A DNA stretch of 64,000 nucleotides. Source: an uncultured bacterium. Lineage in GTDB: Bacteria; Planctomycetota; UBA1135; GCA-002686595. The notes below the pieces were generated by a model. It ran no database searches and was not told the DNA's origin. It was given only the letters and a program-made list of their open reading frames with translations. The stretch is taken from contig CALSNU010000006.1 in NCBI GenBank assembly GCA_943787795.1, positions 128,001-192,000 of the forward strand, given 5' to 3'. How positions within the stretch are numbered: position 1 is the first letter of the stretch; each line of letters starts with the position of its first letter. Shown piece by piece: positions 1 to 10,844 of the stretch. The position numbers and the translations under genes are program-made.

Positions 1-39
1 GATGATCAGCACATCCAGCGGTTCGTCTTGGGTCTCCAT
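1..39 (-). CDS. 5' end of a gene running off the window edge (METQDEPLDVLII...), possibly a Rossmann-fold flavoprotein
   Basis: Manual translation from ATG at 39; DVLII resembles the strand preceding a GxGxxG motif; only 13 codons are visible. Confidence 0.35.
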   Translation of the reverse strand, partial: METQDEPLDVLII

Positions 40-289
40 GGGATGACTTCGAGGAGAGGAGTCTAGCCTGAGATGCGGGGCTGGTCGTGGGCTCCACAGG
101 CAGCAGCCTCCGATTCGAGACCGACGCGGGCCCCTCGGTTCCGCGGAGGGGGCCCAGCCCCTGCGCGCCGGCCTGGGAGGGCCTGCTCCACCCGCTCGCT
201 ACGCATGGGCGTGCGGGCTTTGGGCGCCTGCGGGGGCGGGCCGCGCGTCGCGGCACCGCGCTATGCGGCCGGGCAGGACGCTTCAGCGC

Positions 290-1693
290 TCATCGCCCGA
301 CGAGCGTGGCGCGGAAGCGTTTCCCCTTGATGCGCCCCTGGTTCAGGCGCTCCGCGGCCATCGGCGCGAGGTGGTGCCGGACGGCGACGTAGGAGAGACG
401 ATCCTGAACCTCGATCTTCCCGACCTCGTCACCAGAGAGGCCACCGGCGTCGCCGGTCAGCGCCCCGACGATGTCGCCCGGGCGAACCTTGTCCTTGCGG
501 CCCCCGGAGATCAGGATCGACCGCATGGGCGCGGGACCCGCGATGGCGGCCAGCCGCTGGCGATGGGTCTGCTCGGAGTCGTCCAGCCTCAGCTCCGTGA
601 GGGACGACCCGGTCAGGGCCTCCACGGATGCGACGCGCGCATCCTGCGGGCCAACGGCGAGGGAGACCGCCTGGCCGGAGGCCTCCGCGCGGCCGGTCCG
701 CCCGATGCGATGGACGTAGATCTCGGGCTGTTGGGGGAGCTCGTAGTTGATGACCAGGTCGAGGCCTTCCACGTCGATGCCGCGGCCGGCCACATCGGTC
801 GCGACGAGGCGCCGGACGCTCTCTCCGCGAAAGCGGCTCAGGACCTGATCGCGGTGGAACTGATCCAGGCTTCCGTCCAGGCGGTCCGCGCTGACTCCGG
901 CGGCCTGGAGGCGATCGGTGACCTGCTGCACGCTGGCCTTGTAGTTGCAAAAGATGATGGCGGACTCGTGCGCGCGGGTCGCGAGGACGCGGACTAGCGC
1001 GTCGAAGCGCTCATCGGGTGGGGTGAAGACCTTCCACTCACCGATGGCAGGAGCCGAGGCCCCGGTGGTCTCGGTGGAGACCCGGACCGCGTCGCGCTGG
1101 TAGGCGCTGGCCATGCGCTCGATCTCGTCGGGGAGGGTGGCGGAGAACAGCACGGTCTGCCGCTCTGCCGGCAGCCTGCGGACCACCGTGGCGACGTCGG
1201 GTCCAAAGCCCATGTCGAGCATCCTGTCGGCCTCATCCAGGACGAGGGTCGCGACGGCCCCGGTCTGGAGCGCGCCAGAACCGAGCAGGTCCATCACTCG
1301 CCCAGGCGTCCCCACCGCGAGGTGAGCTCCCCGTGCCAGGGCTTCGCGCTGTCCCTTCGCCGGTTGTCCGCCTACCAGCTCGACCACCGTGAGGCCGGGG
1401 AGGCTGCGGCCCAGGGTCCGGATATCCCTCCGCACCTGTGCGCTCAGCTCTCGCGTCGGGCACAAGACCAGGCCCTGGAGCTCGCGGCGCCCGATGTCCA
1501 GCCGCTGCAGCATGGGCAGCGCGAAGGCCGCCGTCTTGCCGCTGCCCGTCTTGGACTTTCCGATCAGGTCCAGCCCGGAGAGCAGCGGGGGAATGGCCGC
1601 GGCCTGAATCTCGGTGGGTGCCCGATAGCCAAGCTCCTGGGTGACTCGGACGAGTTCGGAGTCAAGTCCCAGGGAATCGAAGGAGATGGGCAC
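290..1693 (-). CDS. dbpA: DEAD-box RNA helicase DbpA
   Basis: Q motif (F..LGL..PTEIQ), KTGSGKT, PTRELS, DEAD, SAT, HRIGRTGR and a C-terminal DbpA RNA-binding domain (GGRKDKVRPGDIVGAL); start taken at GTG 1693. Confidence 0.9.
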   Translation of the reverse strand: MPISFDSLGLDSELVRVTQELGYRAPTEIQAAAIPPLLSGLDLIGKSKTGSGKTAAFALPMLQRLDIGRRELQGLVLCPTRELSAQVRRDIRTLGRSLPGLTVVELVGGQPAKGQREALARGAHLAVGTPGRVMDLLGSGALQTGAVATLVLDEADRMLDMGFGPDVATVVRRLPAERQTVLFSATLPDEIERMASAYQRDAVRVSTETTGASAPAIGEWKVFTPPDERFDALVRVLATRAHESAIIFCNYKASVQQVTDRLQAAGVSADRLDGSLDQFHRDQVLSRFRGESVRRLVATDVAGRGIDVEGLDLVINYELPQQPEIYVHRIGRTGRAEASGQAVSLAVGPQDARVASVEALTGSSLTELRLDDSEQTHRQRLAAIAGPAPMRSILISGGRKDKVRPGDIVGALTGDAGGLSGDEVGKIEVQDRLSYVAVRHHLAPMAAERLNQGRIKGKRFRATLVGR

Positions 1694-1925
1694 GGCGGGA
1701 GGGGCTGGTTGAGGTGGTGGGGCTGAGGCTGAGGGCCCGTTCCCGGGAACCGGGGGCCCGGGGCGCTGGCCCCCTGGGCGGACCCTAGCACGCAGGTAGG
1801 TGCCGTTGGGTGCCGTTGATTGAACGGAGGGCGTTGGCGGGGTGGGCCGGGCCCATTCATCCAGAGCCGAGGGGGGGGCGCCGGTCCGGAGGCTCGAGGG
1901 CGGTTTGGCGGCCTCTGACCCCGCG

Positions 1926-2850
1926 CTAGAACATCCCGCCGCCGATCTCGGCGAGCAGGCGAATGATCGCATTCGAGGGCCCCCAGGTGGAACCGTGGCC
2001 CGGTCTGGGCCGGGCGGAAGGGAACGCCGAGGGTGAGCGCCTGGGGGCCTGAAGGGACGGCGCCGGGTCGGCCCAATCCGTTGCTGAGCCAGCAGCGCCT
2101 TCAGCGGACTCGCCCCTGGCGCCCGATTGGACCATGGCAAGGCACCGCTCCAGCTCATCGCGGTCGAACCAGATGCCGTGATTTTTGCAGACGTCGAGCA
2201 CGACACCCGCGGGCCTCCCACCGACCCGGAACTGCCTCCTCTGCATGTGCTGACCGCAGGTCAGGCATGGGATGTACATCGGCCCGACCTCCCGCTTGGT
2301 CGGTGGCCCGTCGAAGACCTGCTGATCCGGGGCTTGTGGCGTGGAGCGCCCCTCCTGCGCCGCGGCGCGTGAGGTCCGCTGGATCCGACGGAAGGCCTCC
2401 CGGCTGGTCCACATCCCCCCGCAGCCCCCAGTGCTCCCGCACTCAATCACCTCGGCTTCTGGCAGCAGGTGCACCCTGAGCGGTCCCTCGCAGCGAGGGC
2501 ACTTGCCGTCGCGTGGGAGCGGGGGGAATGGCGGAGGCGCGGAGCTCGACGCCGCATGCGTTGCAGTGCTTGTAGTCATGCCGTAATCGAGCGGCACACA
2601 CCGGGCAGAGGGTGGTCGCTTCGCGGTCGCCTGGTGAGAGGGCCGCCGTGCAGAAGGGGCACTCTGTGTCCTCCTCGCTCAGGACACCGCCGCAGTGGCC
2701 GCAGGCGAGGCCGCCGACGGAGAGGATCTTCGGGGGGCCAACGGTGAGAAGCGCGTCACACACGCACATCACCTGCTGGCCCACGGCCAGCGCCGTGACG
2801 TCGAGTTGCCGGCTACATGAGCCACAGGACAGCAAGTGCATCCGCTTCAC
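1926..2850 (-). pseudogene. Multi-zinc-ribbon protein (double zinc ribbon plus zf-TFIIB-like repeats) split by one frameshift; probably an intact gene with an assembly error
   Basis: ORFs 2443..2850 and 1926..2597 join in frame if one base is removed from the G6 run at 2521-2526 (..SAIPP|LPRDGKCPRC..); about 10 CxxC-type pairs; DVCKNHGIWFDRDEL is zf-TFIIB-like. Confidence 0.7.
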
Positions 2851-2926
2851 GGGGCGAGCTTACTGGGCGCAATGGCGTCTATTCATCGCCGTCCCCATTT
2901 ACGCCGGGGTGGAGGGCGGAAACCGT

Positions 2927-3024
2927 CCGCGCACTGATCTCCGCGCACTGATCTCCGCGCAATGATCTCCGCACAATGATCTCCTCACAATGACCTCCGC
3001 ACAATGACCTCCGCACAATGATCG
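2927..3024. repeat. 14-bp tandem repeat, 7 drifting copies (CCGCACAATGATCT)
   Basis: Direct reading; neighbouring units differ by 0-3 substitutions. Confidence 0.9.
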
Positions 3025-3048
3025 CTCCACGGGGACCGACCGCTGCAC

Positions 3049-3088
3049 AAAGAGGGAAGGGCGGCGTCGGAGGTCCCGTCGCCGCCCT
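3049..3088 (-). terminator. Probable intrinsic terminator of the fasciclin gene
   Basis: Stem AGGGCGGCG/CGCCGCCCT (3058-3066/3080-3088) followed by TCCCTCTTT on the minus strand. Confidence 0.55.
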
Positions 3089-3123
3089 GGTGGGCCTCGT
3101 CTCCAATCCTGGGTCTTCGCCCC

Positions 3124-4017
3124 TCAGGGTGCGAGGACGGTGTCGATGAAGTGGATGTTGCCGTTGGACGCCTGGACGTCACCGAAGACAACGCGAGCTC
3201 CGTCGACGAACACCTCACCGTTCTGGACCGTGACGGGGAGGGTCTTGCCCCCGACGGTGACCAGCTGGCCGGCGGCGATGACCTCGTCCGCGAAGAGGCG
3301 CCCGGGCACGACGTGGACGAGGAGGATGGACTCGAGCGTCGGGACGCCGGAGGGCGCCGCGAGGGACCGCAGGGTCGAGGGCGAGATCTGCTGGAAGGCG
3401 GCATTCGTCGGAGCAAAGACCGTGAACTCGCCCGCCTCGAGGGTCGGAATCAGGTTGGTGAAGCCAAGCAGCGCCGTGAGGTACGCCGCGTCCGGGGCAC
3501 CCACGGCCGTCGCGACCAGCGAGTCCGCGGCGGGGAGCAGGACCGCGTCGATGACGTGGATCACACCGTTGGAGCAGACGAGGTCGGTGACCTGGATCAG
3601 CGCCTGGTCGATGAACGGCGCCCCGCCCTGGAGGGAGATCGTCGTGCGCTGGCCGTTCAGCATGTCAATGGACGGCACGGCGAGGACGTTCGAGGCGAGC
3701 AGACCGCCACCGGCGACGTGGTACAGCAGGATCTCCGAGAGCGCCGCGGGGTCCGCGATGAGCGCGGAGAGCACCCCGGGGGGCAGGTTATTGAACGCCG
3801 CGTCCGTGGGCGCGAAGACGGTGAGGCGGGTGGGGCCTTGAGACCCGTCGAGGGCCGCGTCGAGGCCTGTGATCTGGAGCGCGGTGACCAGGGTGGTGAA
3901 GTTGCCGTTGGCCTCGGCGACCTCCACGATGTTACCGGGGAGGGGACCTTGCGCCGGGGCAGCCGGTGCGGCCGGGGCGAGGGCAGGTCCGAGGGCGACG
4001 GCGAGTAGAGCGAGCAT
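3124..4017 (-). CDS. Secreted fasciclin (two FAS1 domains) protein
   Basis: Signal peptide; two TVFAPT[DN]AAF motifs and two NG.IH.ID.VL motifs. Confidence 0.92.
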   Translation of the reverse strand: MLALLAVALGPALAPAAPAAPAQGPLPGNIVEVAEANGNFTTLVTALQITGLDAALDGSQGPTRLTVFAPTDAAFNNLPPGVLSALIADPAALSEILLYHVAGGGLLASNVLAVPSIDMLNGQRTTISLQGGAPFIDQALIQVTDLVCSNGVIHVIDAVLLPAADSLVATAVGAPDAAYLTALLGFTNLIPTLEAGEFTVFAPTNAAFQQISPSTLRSLAAPSGVPTLESILLVHVVPGRLFADEVIAAGQLVTVGGKTLPVTVQNGEVFVDGARVVFGDVQASNGNIHFIDTVLAP

Positions 4018-4239
4018 GACGGTCAATGGGTTGGTGGTCAGATCGTTCCCTGAAGCTGGAACGGTCGGGGGAGGTGGGCGCGCCGAATGACGCGCCGCTC
4101 ACGAGGCGCCGATCGTTGAAGTCGACAGCGCGTTGCTCCCAAGGCTTCGCGGACCTCGGCGGCCACGGATGCAGACTGCGGATCCAAAAACGAAACTGCG
4201 CCAAGAACGGCGCTCCTGGCCCCTGGAGGCGGTTCACGG

Positions 4240-4261
4240 GACGTTCCGCGCGCGGAACGTC
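4240..4261. promoter_or_regulatory. Perfect 22-bp palindrome between divergent genes, a candidate operator
   Basis: GACGTTCCGCGCGCGGAACGTC is its own reverse complement. Confidence 0.4.
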
Positions 4262-4552
4262 GGGTGACGTGCTACCCCCGAGTAACGCAGTTCGCCGCGG
4301 GTTCCCTCCACGCCAGCCACCCAGGAAACATCGCGATCGAATTTGGGGGCTGCGGGTGAAGTGAAGCGGTCAGCGCGAGGCGTTGTCGCCGCCGGCCCGA
4401 GCGACTCCATGGGCCCCGGCTTTCGGGGGGGCGCTTCGACTGCGGCACGCCATCCGCCGGGACGCTGAGGCCCCAGCCTCGTGTAAATGGTGCCCGCCAG
4501 GCGACACCTGCGCTCCCACACGTCATCCTGTCGCCGACCGATGCCGAGCACG

Positions 4553-5404
4553 ATGGATCACTGCCCCCTCTGCGAGAGCTCGACCGTTGCTGCGGGCGAG
4601 ACGGACCTCAACAAGTCCGGCGCTGATCTCTTTGCAGGAGAGCGTCAGTTTGCGTGCAGCCCAGAGCGAGTGTCGTTTGTCCGCTGCACGGGGTGTGGGT
4701 TCATGTTCACCGGCTTCTTCGCAGACTGGAGCGACGCCGACTTCAAGGCACGTATTTACAAACGACAGCTATGTGCTGGCCGACCCTCCCTTCGAACATG
4801 AGCGGCCGGCCCGGCTGGCCAAGTACCTGGGGGAAGTCCTGGGACCCGCGCTCCCGAGGGTGTCGCTGCTGGACTTCGGTGCAGGCGAGGGGCGGATGGT
4901 CCAGCACCTTCTCGAGGCAGGGCTGGTGGTCGGCGACGTCTACGACCGATACCACGCCGACGTCGCGGCCCCCCAGCCGGCAATACGACCTCGTGACCGC
5001 CTTCGAGGTGGTGGAGCACGTCCCGGACCAGGCGGCCCTCTTCGACCAGCTCTGCGACCTGGTCGCGCCGGACGGGGGTGCTGCTCCTGAGCACGCTGCT
5101 TCAGCCACCCGGGATCGAGTCTCTGGGGGCTGACTGGTGGTATGCGTGCCCAAGGAACGGCCATATGGCCTTCCATACGTCAGCCAGCCTGCGCGGCTTG
5201 CTGGAGTCCCGGGGCTTCACGCTCCAGTCGCTCTCCGATGAGCTCCACATGGGGGTGCGGGCTCCGGGGCCGCTCTCCCAGAGGCTCGCGGGGTCCGAAC
5301 GCACGCTCAAGGTCTCCGGCGACGGGACCCGCATGGGCGGCCCGGGGGGCGGCCCGAGCGCCGTACCGGGCGCAGGACCGGACACCGGGCCGCGCGGCGC
5401 CTGA
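4553..5404 (+). pseudogene. Class I SAM-dependent methyltransferase with N-terminal zinc ribbon (Methyltransf_23-like), broken by three +1 frameshifts
   Basis: CPLC..RCTGCG, LLDFGAGEG, YDLVTAFEVVEH and LLLST..WWYACPRNGH lie in successive frames; shifts fall in homopolymers near 4760 (A run), 4970 (C run) and 5075 (G run). Confidence 0.75.
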
Positions 5405-5729
5405 CGGGCTTCCGCGATGTGCCCTCCTGGTCTGGTGCTGGGTGGTGGGACCTGGTTCACGGTTGAAGCTCAGGCGGAGGCCGTCGCGTCGATGGGATCG
5501 GGGGCCAAGACGAGGGTGAGGACGAGCTGACGACATCTTGGGAGCGCTCGGGTGGAGCAGGCCGGTGTTCGGCGGTCGGGGGCGCGCAGTCCGAATCGGC
5601 GCGGACCCCGCCTGCTGTGCCCGTGGCGCCAAGAGGGCGGAGGCGGCTCGAGGGCGGACGCTCCCCTGGGGCGGGGCCCGGCCGAGTCGTGGTCACGCGG
5701 AGCTCCCTGGCGCTACGATCTCCCGCCCC

Positions 5730-6638
5730 ATGACTGACCTCAAGCTCATCGTCACGCACCCGGGCGGTGCTCACAAGGACGACCTCATCGCCACATGCGT
5801 TCTGATCGCAACCCATGGTTGCCCGGTGGAGCGACGTGACCCAACGCCCGAGGAACTCGAGGATGCCCATGTCGCTGTTGTCGACGTCGGGGGACGGCAC
5901 GATCCGGCGCTGCACAACTACGACCACCACCAGTTCCCTCGAGAGCACGAGCCCACCTGCGCGCTCAGCCTCGTCCTTCAGCGGATGGACCTCTATCGCG
6001 ACGCCCTCCAGTTCTGTGACTGGCTCGAGCCGGCGGAGTGGTTCGACTCGCGCGGACCCAAGAAGACCGCCGAGTGGCTCGGCGTCCCTCGGGCAGCCAT
6101 CGGTCAGCTCAACTCGCCGGTGGACATGTCGCTCCTGCGGCACTTCGCGTCCCGGCCGCGGCATGTTCCAGGCGAAACGGTGCACGACTTCATGCGAGTG
6201 GTCGGGGAAGACCTTCTGGCCTACCTCAAGGGGGTTCGGGAGGACATCGAGGCGGTGCGCGCCAGGAGTGAGCGGTGGACGGTCCAGGCCGGGGACGCCA
6301 CCATAGGCACCGTCTTCCTCCCGCGGAGCGACGAGCTCCCCCGCGAGCCGTCGAACGGTGTCGCCCGGTTCATCCGGGCCACCGGGATCGAGTCCGAGAT
6401 CGGCGCGATGGTCTACCCCGATCGGCGAGCCGGGGGCTACGGCATCAGCCGCTACGAGGATGATCCTCGCCTTGACTTCTCCCGCGTCGGCGGCGAAGCG
6501 GACGTTCACTTCGCGCACAAGAGCGGGTTCATGTGCAAGACCTCGGCGACAGACCCCGAACGCCTGCGCGGGCTCATCGCCGGCGCGGTCGTGGATCCCG
6601 CGGGTCGGGACAACTCGACCCTCCCCTCGCCCGGCTAG
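5730..6638 (+). CDS. MYG1-family (DHH-like) metal-dependent hydrolase/exonuclease
   Basis: IVTHPGGAHKDD, VDVGG and YDHHQ motifs; FAHKSGF near the C-terminus. Confidence 0.75.
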   Translation: MTDLKLIVTHPGGAHKDDLIATCVLIATHGCPVERRDPTPEELEDAHVAVVDVGGRHDPALHNYDHHQFPREHEPTCALSLVLQRMDLYRDALQFCDWLEPAEWFDSRGPKKTAEWLGVPRAAIGQLNSPVDMSLLRHFASRPRHVPGETVHDFMRVVGEDLLAYLKGVREDIEAVRARSERWTVQAGDATIGTVFLPRSDELPREPSNGVARFIRATGIESEIGAMVYPDRRAGGYGISRYEDDPRLDFSRVGGEADVHFAHKSGFMCKTSATDPERLRGLIAGAVVDPAGRDNSTLPSPG

Positions 6639-6897
6639 GGGGTCATGGCCCGGCGATGGCCATCAGACCCGGTGGCGGGCTTGGGCGCCGGGTCTGGGCG
6701 CCGGGATCAGGGGGGGGCCGGCTCTCTGCAGGCCTTCCGTCTCGCCTCCCGATGGAGGTCGCCGCCTCGCACCCCATGCCGGCGGCGCGCTGGCCTCAGG
6801 TGGGGCCGCACAGGCTCAGCGAGGATGGGTCGGTTGAAGCCGGACGATGGAGCCGCGGGCCCCGGGGGAGCACCACTTCGCCAAGGGGTGCAGCAAG

Positions 6898-7002
6898 GCC
6901 GTGAAGCAGAAGCCGTGAAGCAGAAGCCGTGGAGCAGAAGCCGTGGAGCAGAAGCCGTCGAGCAGGGCCGTCAAGCGAGACCGTCCAGCAATGCCGTCGA
7001 GC
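6898..7002. repeat. 14/13-bp decaying tandem array (GCCGTGAAGCAGAA x4, then degenerate copies)
   Basis: Direct reading; lies between convergent genes. Confidence 0.85.
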
Positions 7003-7045
7003 GCGGGCGGCGGTCGACCCGCGTCGGCGCCAGTGGTGGCCGGTT

Positions 7046-8146
7046 CTAGTTGGCTTCCAGGACGAAGAGGCGGACCCGTTCGGCCGCCCGGGCGGAGTGC
7101 AGTGGGTCGGTGGTGTCCGAGGAGCGCCGGTGGCTGGCGGGCGCGTCGTGGATCTCCGTCACCACGAGGCCGGCGGCCTCCGCCATCTCCTCCACCGCGT
7201 CGTCGGCTCTCAGGCCCAGTCGTTCCGGCAGGTCGGAGAGGATGAGGGCGGCCTTGCCGTTCGCATTCAGATGGGCCTTGACTCCCTCGACGAACCGTTG
7301 AACCACGCGGCCTCCCTCATCAAACACCGTCCGATCCAGGCGGGTGCGGGGCGTCTCTGGGATCCAGGGCGCATTGAAGACGACCCAGTCGGCCCGCGCT
7401 GAGGCGGGGAAGAGGTCGACGCACTCGGCGGTGAACCGGCTCTGGAGGTCGAGCTGGTCGGCGTTCATCCTCGCGCAGCGCACCGCTCGCTCGTCGACGT
7501 CCGTGCCGAGCGCTGACGTGGCGCCGGCCTGGAGAAGGACAAAGGCGAGGACCCCCGTGCCGCAGCCGACGTCGAGGACGGACCGGCCCTTCACGTCGAG
7601 TCGGGACACAAGGTCCACGTAGACGCTCCGGGTCGGCGAGAAGACGCCGTAGCTCGGGGTGAGGCGGCCAGTGAGCCCCTTGACCTCGATTCCCTTCCTG
7701 GTCCACTCAGCGGCGCTGAGTGCGCCCTGGAGCGCGTTGAGGGCGACGAGCCGCGGGCCCTCGGCGGCTCCCCATGCGAGCTCCACGGCGACCCGGGTCT
7801 CGGGCGCCTGGCGCATCGCCAATGAGCCATCCGGCTCGACCTGGACCAGCAGTGACCCAAGCAGCTCGGCCATCTCGCGCGTGGCGCCTCGCTCGGCCCG
7901 CCAGCGTTCAGCGAGGTCGTACTCCGAGGACGTCACGGTGGCCCGCCGGAGCCGACGCTTGAGCGCCGCCAGCAGGGCCGTGCCGTTCCTGTAGTCCCCC
8001 TCCCAGAGGAGCGCGTCCCCCGCCCTGAGCAGGTGCAGCGCCGCGTCGGCAGAGAGCGTGTCGTCCACCCGCGTGACTTCACCGGGGGCGGGGGCTCCGG
8101 ACTCGGAGATGAACGCGGCCTCGCGGCCGTCGGAGAGGGTGAGCAT
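7046..8146 (-). CDS. Class I SAM-dependent methyltransferase (MTS/HemK-like)
   Basis: YGVFSPTR, VLDVGCGTGVL and VFNAPW (NPPW-type motif). Confidence 0.85.
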   Translation of the reverse strand: MLTLSDGREAAFISESGAPAPGEVTRVDDTLSADAALHLLRAGDALLWEGDYRNGTALLAALKRRLRRATVTSSEYDLAERWRAERGATREMAELLGSLLVQVEPDGSLAMRQAPETRVAVELAWGAAEGPRLVALNALQGALSAAEWTRKGIEVKGLTGRLTPSYGVFSPTRSVYVDLVSRLDVKGRSVLDVGCGTGVLAFVLLQAGATSALGTDVDERAVRCARMNADQLDLQSRFTAECVDLFPASARADWVVFNAPWIPETPRTRLDRTVFDEGGRVVQRFVEGVKAHLNANGKAALILSDLPERLGLRADDAVEEMAEAAGLVVTEIHDAPASHRRSSDTTDPLHSARAAERVRLFVLEAN

Positions 8147-8517
8147 CGCCCCACCCTAGGGCCGGCGCTGTCCGCGCGCCTCCCCTTCGCGGCGGTGATC
8201 GAGGGAACTGGGTCGCGTGGATCCGGTTGATGCACGCCTGCGGGAGCGGGCATCGTGGCGTCGCCCCGCCGTCAGCGGCGATGGGGCGGCTCCACCTCAC
8301 CGCGATCGTTGCCTGCGCGAGGCCGGCACCGCGCTTTGACGGGCGCGCGAGGTGAGAACTGTGGCGGCGGTATGGAGTCAGCGCGCCGGTGAGATTGGTG
8401 CACCGCTCTGCCTTACTGGACGGGCTCGTTCGGCTCAGCAGGGGCGCCTCCGAGGGCGGCGCTCGGTTCCCCTCCCGCGGGGCCTCATGCGCCGTGGTAG
8501 GCTGCGCGCTCCGAGCG

Positions 8518-9000
8518 ATGCAGGATCCTGATGACGCCATCCTCTCCGTGCCCGATCCGGCGGAGGAGGGGCATGGGCGCCCGCGTGGCGCAGACCGACG
8601 GCGAGGGCCGACGCCGATGTTGTCGCGCTATTGGCTTGGTGGACGGCGCAGGGGGGGGCGACGTGAGGGCGAGGTGGGCTCGATCTACGTGGATCGATAC
8701 ACGCGGCAGGAGGTTGGGCTGGTGGTGTGGATCGGCCTGGCCGCCATCCTTGACCTCTTCCTGACGCTCCGGCACGTCGCGGCGGGAGGTGGAGAGGCGA
8801 ACCCGCTGATGAACTGGGTGCTGGAGGACGGCGGGCCCAGGCTCTTCGGGCTGGCGAAGATCGCGGTGACCTTCAGCGCGACCCTGTTCCTCCTCCTGCA
8901 TGTGCGCTTCCGCTTCACGCGCCCAGCGCTTTGGGGCCTCAGTGCCCTCTATGCGGCGGTGATGGGCTATCACGTGGTCGCGTACCTCGACCGCTCTTGA
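8518..9000 (+). CDS. DUF5658-like membrane protein
   Basis: LDLFLTL..GGGEANPLM..F..AK pattern; Arg-rich N-terminus ([16 protein letters not shown]). Confidence 0.7.
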   Translation: MQDPDDAILSVPDPAEEGHGRPRGADRRRGPTPMLSRYWLGGRRRGGRREGEVGSIYVDRYTRQEVGLVVWIGLAAILDLFLTLRHVAAGGGEANPLMNWVLEDGGPRLFGLAKIAVTFSATLFLLLHVRFRFTRPALWGLSALYAAVMGYHVVAYLDRS

Positions 9001-9264
9001 TGCGGCGGGCTGCGGTGGACCGGATGTGCGCCGCCGGGCGAGGTGGACTTCGCCCGCTGGCGCCTGGCGGGGACTCGATGGGCATGGGGTAGGCACCCTT
9101 GCCATTCGGCATTCCATAGGCGAGCGTGGGGCGGCGGCGGGTGCCTCATCCCCTGGCCGCCAGGTGGAAGCCCCGTGCCCCCCCCTCTGGTCGCGGCGGG
9201 GGTCCCAAGCCGCGCTGATTGACTCCGCGCTCACCGTTCAGCCCAGTCCCCCGCGGACGCTCGC

Positions 9265-10509
9265 TTGAAATACGACGTCTTCTTCTCCATCTCCCAAACC
9301 CCGGTGGCCGGCGAGACGCCCTCCGAGGCGGAGATGTTCCGGAACTTCTTCGAGCAGGTGGAGGCCGCGGATCGGCTCGGCTACTCGACGGCATGGATCG
9401 CGGAGTCGCACCTCTCCAGCGAGGTACAGAAGGTCCACGCGGAGCCCGTCATTCCTCACTGGGAGGGCGAGGTGGGGCTCAACACGGACATCCTCCAGCT
9501 GGCCACGCGGATCTTCGCGCGGACGGATCGAATCGAGGTGGGGAGCGCGGTGCTGAACCTCCTGGCGAATGGCGGCCCGATCGCTCACGCGGAGCGCCTG
9601 GCGGCCTTCCTGGCCTTGCATGGGCTGGAAGAGGGGGAGGTGCGGCGTCTGCGGATCGGGTTCTCCAGCGGGCGCTTTGAGTTCATCAATCGCGCCCATG
9701 GGATCGTCCCGCGCGACGAGCTGGAGCGCCTTGCCTGGCCCGCGCTCCGCGGGTGCGTGTTCGCCGAAGCCTGCGAGATCTTCCTCCGGCTGATTCGGGG
9801 GGAGGTGCTCTCGAGCGACGAGACGCAGCCGACGATGCTGTCCCGGGAGAGCTTCAGGTCGGAGGAGCTCTGGGCGCGGGTGCGGGACGAGGCCGCAGCG
9901 TGCGGGGCGCTGGATTCGTCGGGGCGAGTGGCCGTGCCGCGGCGCTGGACGTTTGACGCCATGAAGGTGGTCCCCCAGGACTTCCGGCTGGAGCTCCTGG
10001 ACCTGGTGCTCGGGAGCCGCGACCCGGACCTGCAGGTGGCGGTGAATCAATGGCTCCCGGTCAAGGTCTTCAACCTCTCGATCACGCCAGGGGAGGTGAT
10101 CGAGGCGACCCACGCTCGGATGGCCGAGAGCTTCCATGGGGACGGTGGGACGTGGACCCGGGCCCACATGCCCAGGACCGTGATGGTGTTTCTCAACGAA
10201 CAGGCCGACCTGACCGTCGAGGAGCGGCGGAGCGCGGCTGCCGAGGAGGCGCGGTCCGCGCTCAGCGCGTACTGGACGGCCCTTCAGGGCACGCTGGACC
10301 CCGCGGCCCTCGAAGAGGCGGCCCAGAACGCGGTGATCGGCGACGCCGCCGCCGTGGCGGAGCAGGTCAGGGAGAGGTATCACGATGAGGATTGCCTCAT
10401 GCTCTGGTTCGACTTCTTCAATCACGACAGCGCCCGGGTCGTTCAGAACATGCGGGCCTTCATGGACAAGGTCGTCCCCCTGGTTGAGGGCGAGGGGAGT
10501 CATCGGTAG
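9265..10509 (+). CDS. LLM-class (luciferase-like) flavin-dependent oxidoreductase
   Basis: ADRLGYSTAWIAESH, TDRIEVGSAV and RLRIGFSSG motifs; TTG start. Confidence 0.85.
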   Translation: MKYDVFFSISQTPVAGETPSEAEMFRNFFEQVEAADRLGYSTAWIAESHLSSEVQKVHAEPVIPHWEGEVGLNTDILQLATRIFARTDRIEVGSAVLNLLANGGPIAHAERLAAFLALHGLEEGEVRRLRIGFSSGRFEFINRAHGIVPRDELERLAWPALRGCVFAEACEIFLRLIRGEVLSSDETQPTMLSRESFRSEELWARVRDEAAACGALDSSGRVAVPRRWTFDAMKVVPQDFRLELLDLVLGSRDPDLQVAVNQWLPVKVFNLSITPGEVIEATHARMAESFHGDGGTWTRAHMPRTVMVFLNEQADLTVEERRSAAAEEARSALSAYWTALQGTLDPAALEEAAQNAVIGDAAAVAEQVRERYHDEDCLMLWFDFFNHDSARVVQNMRAFMDKVVPLVEGEGSHR

Positions 10510-10625
10510 GGCCGCCGTGGGGGCCGGGGGGGGGGTGCCGAGAGGGGTGAATCGGACGTGAGTGAGTTGGAGGCAGCGCGCTGGTCCGAGGCCGTCTCCG
10601 GTGCCTACGGCTCAGGGGGCCTGGT

Positions 10626-10685
10626 GAGGGGGCCGGCGAGGGGGCCGGCGAGGGGGCCGGCGAGGGGGCCGGCGAGGGGGCCGGC
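10626..10685. repeat. 12-bp perfect tandem repeat x5 (GAGGGGGCCGGC)
   Basis: Direct reading. Confidence 0.92.
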
Positions 10686-10844
10686 AGGGGTCGCCGCCGC
10701 GAGCGCCCCATGAGGCCGCGAGCAGGACCTCGGGGGTGGGCTCCAGGAATCCGCGGATGGGTCGGGAGCCTGGGAGCGATCGGGGGCTCGGCTCCGTATC
10801 CTCGGCGGTCCGACGCGGCCGCAGCGCCTGCGCCAGGACCTCCA

